Positions 62,146-64,000 of a stretch of 64,000 nucleotides of DNA are shown here, piece after piece. Location of the stretch: the NCBI GenBank assembly GCA_002633005.1, contig NMRA01000547.1, forward strand, positions 73,561 through 137,560, in the 5' to 3' direction. Every line of letters starts with the position of its first letter. The first letter of the stretch is position 1. The notes below the pieces were generated by a model. The model did not search any database. It was given only the letters and a program-made list of their open reading frames with translations, and was not told the DNA's origin. Made by a program: the position numbers and the translations under genes. Origin of the DNA: Phoronis australis (lineage: Eukaryota; Animalia; Phoronida).

Positions 62146-63789
62146 ACTCACGTATGCCGCACATGTTGCCTCAGAAACAAAACAGGGTTACATATACTGC
62201 AATGGCGTTGTCTGTGTTTAGTTTGCGAACAGTTTAATGTGAAGACATTGAGCAACAATGGATATTGTGAATACTCAGTCAGGGCGTGTTACACGACAAA
62301 TATGTATATTTTCTATCACAAAGTTTGATAAGTCCATTAATAGCTCACTTGCGAGTTTCTCGTTAGTCAATGTGACGTCACCGGAAAAGGGGCAAAACCC
62401 GCCATATTGGTCTTGTTTTGCCCCGAGTCTTTGCTACACACGCTAAATCTTACTGGAGTTCTTATGGTGAATTTTACGCTTAAAACGTTAACACAACTTA
62501 AGAGATGGTAGATGGATCGTGGAATAATTGTGGATGGACGAAAAAAATGTGAACTTGTCATGTTGTGCGAAGCTGTGAATGGACTGAAACTGGAACTGAA
62601 CTCGGTCTAGGCCTGAATGCCGCAGGCATACACAGGGGCGATAGTATATCCCCAAAAAAGTTACTCACTTCAAAATACAGCTAATAAAATCAAATGAAAC
62701 ATGCATATTTGCACATGGAGTTATAATTAACACATACCCTGACTCTGGATACATTTAGTCTACAAATAACTTGAACATATCCATGAAGACCTCGCTGTTT
62801 GATCGCTCAAGTTTCTCTCACCGAGCGCCATTTTGAGGAAGTTACGTGAAATCACGCCTGTTGACGAACAAAAAGTTCAAGGGACACAACTCTTTCAAAT
62901 TTCACGTGATATTTTTCATGCTATTTTGCAAGTGTCACGCGCCAGGTCTCGCGCTGAGCTCAGTCTCGCGCTAGCTGTTGCCTCATACTCACCTGACTCA
63001 GTTGAAATACTTTGTGGTTATCGCGCGCGCACTTAAAGTTAACAGCAACCACAAAATGGAGTTGGAATTCTTCGCCAAATTCACCTGAATTCCCGTAGCT
63101 ATGCTTCATCGAAGATATGTTTAGAAGCAGAAAGGGTCACTGAAGAAAGTAAGCGCCTTTTAAGTGATAATTTTAGGCGTAGAAAGTATTTTTGACGAGG
63201 TGAAAACTTAATCAGTGAGCGGATTTCGCCTACCGCCCGTTTAAAAACACAGGACGAAATTAGTGCAGAACGCGACAGAACATATTGTTGTGCGAATCTT
63301 AATTTCATTTGGCATAGCAGCAATGCTTGTTTGGCATTTTTCGAACAAAATGGCTAAAAACTTGAAGAAAACAACAGAATACACTCTGCTACCATAGTGG
63401 GCAAATGGCCAAACGACAAGCTTTTGAACCACTTCCTGTGACGTCACAGTTATGTCTCACATATTCTCGCGTTATTGTTATAAACTCGCAAAAGGACTAT
63501 TGAGAGTCAGCAACATTGCTATTTATTTTTTGAGGACATGATGTGAATTTCTTGTCAGCAATAATGGTCAGAAATCTGCACGCCTGTTCAAACTGTCTAA
63601 AAAACCGCAAATTGAAACATTGACGGCACCCAATCACGTAAATTCCAAAATTTTGGACAGCCAATTTTGCCATCTTTCTCATATTTCTCAAATTTCGAAC
63701 GGCCAATATTGCCTATTACTAAAATTTAGGACAGGTTCAAACTATTTATTTTTTCACTGTCCTCAATTTCGGAATTTTTACCATAATTA

Positions 63790-64000
63790 GCACTCACATG
63801 TGGGGACACAAAATACCCATTAGCTGGTACAGCAGTAATCAGATTCATCTAAACAATGTTGATACCAGTCGCAATGTGAATTAATTGCTGGAAGATTCCA
63901 CAAGGGGTTCAAAACATGGTTCTACAGAGCCTAAACAGACGCAGGCAAAAGATGACAGCAATGTGAACCCACATAATTATACATGTGTGGGTGCATAAAC
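63790..64000 (+). mobile_element. HINE-like 3' end
   Basis: gatgacagcaatgtgaacccaca...tgtgggtgcataaa hairpin end. Confidence 0.55.

Overview
Eukaryotic (metazoan, probably marine invertebrate) genomic DNA, AT-rich and dense in repeats; not prokaryotic. The only intact host gene I can support is the 3' part of a DOCK-D family (DOCK9/10/11, zizimin) Cdc42 GEF on the minus strand. It has 13 GT-AG exons between 58611 and 20215 that splice into one uninterrupted 1770-nt frame (589 aa + stop), covering the DHR-2 domain and the conserved FNAISG tail; its 5' part lies beyond 64000. Introns, the putative 3' UTR and the downstream region hold old and young transposon derivatives. These include a Helentron-associated (HINE-like) family with ~150-bp internal units, hAT-like elements with 5-bp TSDs, Kolobok-, Tc1/mariner-pogo-, Harbinger- and Academ-like MITEs, and decayed Penelope, Gmr1-type Gypsy and piggyBac coding relics. 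Most notable: co-oriented CTCF-like motif arrays carried by the HINE-like family, a minimal hammerhead ribozyme, tRNA-like Pol III cassettes inside DNA-type elements, inverted TE pairs flanking DOCK exons, and candidate alternative exons and C-termini. All family assignments come from motif recall, not database searches.
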